Below are positions 60,702 through 64,000 of a stretch of DNA of 64,000 nucleotides, one piece after another. The stretch is from the human T2T-CHM13v2.0 reference genome, Homo sapiens. Within the stretch, counting starts at the first letter, position 1; every line of letters begins with the position of its first letter. The notes beneath the pieces were generated by a model, which did no database searches, was not told where the DNA came from, and saw only the letters and a program-made list of their open reading frames with translations. Both the position numbers and the translations under genes were made by a program. The stretch lies in assembly GCF_009914755.1 (NCBI RefSeq), contig NC_060942.1. One strand, 5' to 3'.

Positions 60702-61003
60702 GGCCATGTGTGGTGGCTCATGCCTGTAATGTCGGCACTTTGGGAGGCTGAGGTGGGAAGATAACTTGAGGCCAGGAGTTTGAGGCCAGCCTGGGCAACA
60801 TTGCAAGACCATGTCTCCACAGAAAATATTGAGCCTGTCATGGTGGCACCACCTATAGTCCCACTACTTGGGAGGCTGAGGCAGGAGGATCACTTGAGCC
60901 CAGGAATATGAGACTGTAGTGAGCTATGATTGTGCCACTGCACTCTAGCCCGGGTGACAGAGGAAGACCCTCTCTAAATAAATAAATAAATAAATAAATA
61001 AAA
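60702..61003 (+). mobile_element. AluJ with a (TAAA)n tail
   Basis: TSD aagtcattagcctt/aagtcattaacctt. Confidence 0.92.
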
Positions 61004-61424
61004 GTAAGTCATTAACCTTGAACATATGTTCTTGTTCTAATTAAAACCTTATTTATATCTAGAACCTAAAAATCTTTCTGAGTGGGACTTTACACATGAC
61101 TTGAGATAAATAAACAAAAATCTGATTTGAAAATGTGTTATAAAGTTTGTTAAAGAGTGACTAAATTAAAAGCAACTGAAAAGTTTGGCAAACTTAGTGA
61201 CTCTTATATAATTAGTTCCATGTATGATCTTCGAATAAATTACTCATCCAGATTCTCATTCACAAGCTGGCAATAATTTTACTAAGCACATCTGGAAATT
61301 TTGTGAACGGAAATAAAAACACTGTGAAATAAATTTATCATCAGTCTTTTTCTATCATCCATGTGGTCCCACACAAAATTAGTATTTTCACATATATTTT
61401 TTAAAAACCAAATACGATGACATC

Positions 61425-61738
61425 ATTAAATCCTTCATTTATTCAGCAATGTTTCACTAAACACCCACTGAGTACCAGCCCACTTTCAGGTGCTGAAGAT
61501 ACAGTGGTGAATGAAGAAACCTCTGTCCTTTAGGATTTTGAAGTCTCCCATGAGAGAAAGACTTTACCAAACAATCATGTGAACAATTACATGATTACAG
61601 TCATAATAAGGCCCATGAAAGAAAAGTAATAACAGCTGCCATTTATTAAGGATTTACTCTCAGCCCGCCTCTGTGCTAAGGGTATTCTATAATCATTTAA
61701 TCCCCTGAGAAACCCTTGGAGGTAAGATCTATTATGTC
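61425..61738 (-). mobile_element. L2 3' end followed by a MIR fragment
   Basis: 'ttcatttattcagcaa..ggtgctgaagatacagtggtgaa'; 'gctgccatttattaag..ctgtgctaag'. Confidence 0.7.
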
Positions 61739-61741
61739 TGT

Positions 61742-62197
61742 TGACAAATACTCTCTCCACCTAACTCTAGTCAGGCTTCTCTTAGCCCTCTAGCCCTCAA
61801 CAATCAGTGGACATCCTTGGTTTCTGTCAGTCTGCATCACTCAGTTGTAGCAAGAATCCTGTTAAGTCAGTTTACAAACGACATTCATCCTGAATATCTG
61901 GTCAAATTCCTTATCCCCACCATCCCCCAGGTGATGTCTGATCAGCCTGGCCCGCCTTCAGCAAGAATCCTGTCAAGTTGGTTTAGCCAGAATCCCCCTT
62001 ACGTCTGATGTTTCCTCTCAGTACTTTTCCAACCACTGACCCCACCCTGCTTTTTGGCTATAAATGACCACTTGTCCATGCTGTATTTAGAATTGAGCCT
62101 GGTTCTATACTGAGGTCTCTTTCCACTATTGCAATAGTTCCTGAATAAAATCTGCACTCACAGCATTAACTCCTGCCCAGCTCCGGTTTTATTTAAC
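61742..62197 (+). mobile_element. MER31-type solo LTR (second copy)
   Basis: 'tgacaaatactctctcc'; shares 'atccccaccatccc...tcagcaagaat' with the 59843 copy. Confidence 0.82.
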
Positions 62198-62732
62198 TGT
62201 GACTGGCTTCCTTTTTTTTTTTTTTTTTTTGGCTTGCCCTGTGCCACTGCCATCTTTACCTTATGGGAAACATTCCCTAGAGTTTAAGTGGACCGCTCCA
62301 TGCCTAATTCCACAGACATGCGTGGACACAGGACCCAGCCTGGTCAGCCAGAGAACCGCATTTCCCTGACGACATTTATTATTCAAGTCAGCCAGTTAGA
62401 ACCTTCCCTGCGGGAAAATTTCCCTCTCTCCTCTGGCATCACAAACAGAGAGAGTCAAAAGCAGAAATGGCTTCTGGTCTCTGAATGCAGGTGTGGGTTT
62501 GAATCCCAGTTCTGACAGAAATGACTAAAGACAAGTGCAACGCTTCAAAAGGCAAGAAAAGAGTGGGCTGGACCTCAAGCTCCCAACACAGCAAAGAATC
62601 CCACCTCCAAGCCTGCTCTTTAGGGACCACTTAGACCTGATTAATAGGATGTCAGGGGAACCACAAGGAGAGGAAGATGAGAAGGCCCTGGGTCTGCAGG
62701 AATCACATTAGCAGATTCATGTGTAAACCTAG

Positions 62733-63051
<319 letters not shown>

Positions 63052-63157
63052 CAAACCCCATTTTCAATAATAGTTAAGTGTTGAATGTTTCTGCCAAGCC
63101 AGTAAGATAAAAGCTCTGGGCTGTATTTCACCTGATTTAAAGCAAATAAAGAAAAAG

Positions 63158-63500
<343 letters not shown>

Positions 63501-63837
63501 TCACGTGTATGTGGTTGCCAATTCGTAACTTCTTTAGCGGCAGAATGGTATTTGAGTACTAGGAGCAGTAGAGAAGGGGTTTGAATTTGGGTTTGACTTC
63601 AGAATCCTCATATAAATTTTTTTTTTAATTTCAAACATGCTGAAAAAACACAGACTAATAGAATGCGCAGCCACGTACCCACCACTGAAATTTAACAAAT
63701 GTTCACATTTCACTTTGTTTTCTTTTGGGTTATTTCTTGAAGGAAGAATACGTCCTTCCCTTTTTAAGGAAAAATCCCCTTTGTATGCCTCTCTGATGAT
63801 TCTCCTGTCTCTGTCCCAAGGATAACACCTACCTTAA

Positions 63838-63999
<162 letters not shown>

Positions 64000-64000
64000 A

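Noticed and set aside
59843-62197. Two same-orientation MER31 LTRs as one provirus
   Set aside because: The spacer holds L2/MIR/Alu rather than ERV internal sequence, the copies are clearly diverged, and no shared TSD is seen

Overview
Primate, most likely human, non-coding DNA dense in transposable elements. I found no intact protein-coding gene, RNA gene or CRISPR array. The long ORFs in the track are decayed L1 frames or chance frames in Alu/LTR sequence. The window holds one near-full-length, inactivated L1PA7/8-type element (~21.5-28.1 kb), about 28 Alu pieces, and about 25 mostly solo ERV1/ERVL/MaLR LTRs (roughly a fifth of the window). It also holds old L1M/HAL1/L2/CR1/MIR relics and Tigger/hAT MITEs. 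Subfamily names come from recalled consensus sequences and boundaries are approximate unless a TSD is given. I see no evidence of a new biological system. The most notable signals are: an AluJ+AluS block without TSD or poly(A) inside a younger L1; a fold-back templated insertion at an L1 deletion junction; a MaLR-internal fragment inside an unrelated LTR; a CpG-retaining domain at ~34.6-36.3 kb; and a few candidate + strand exons.
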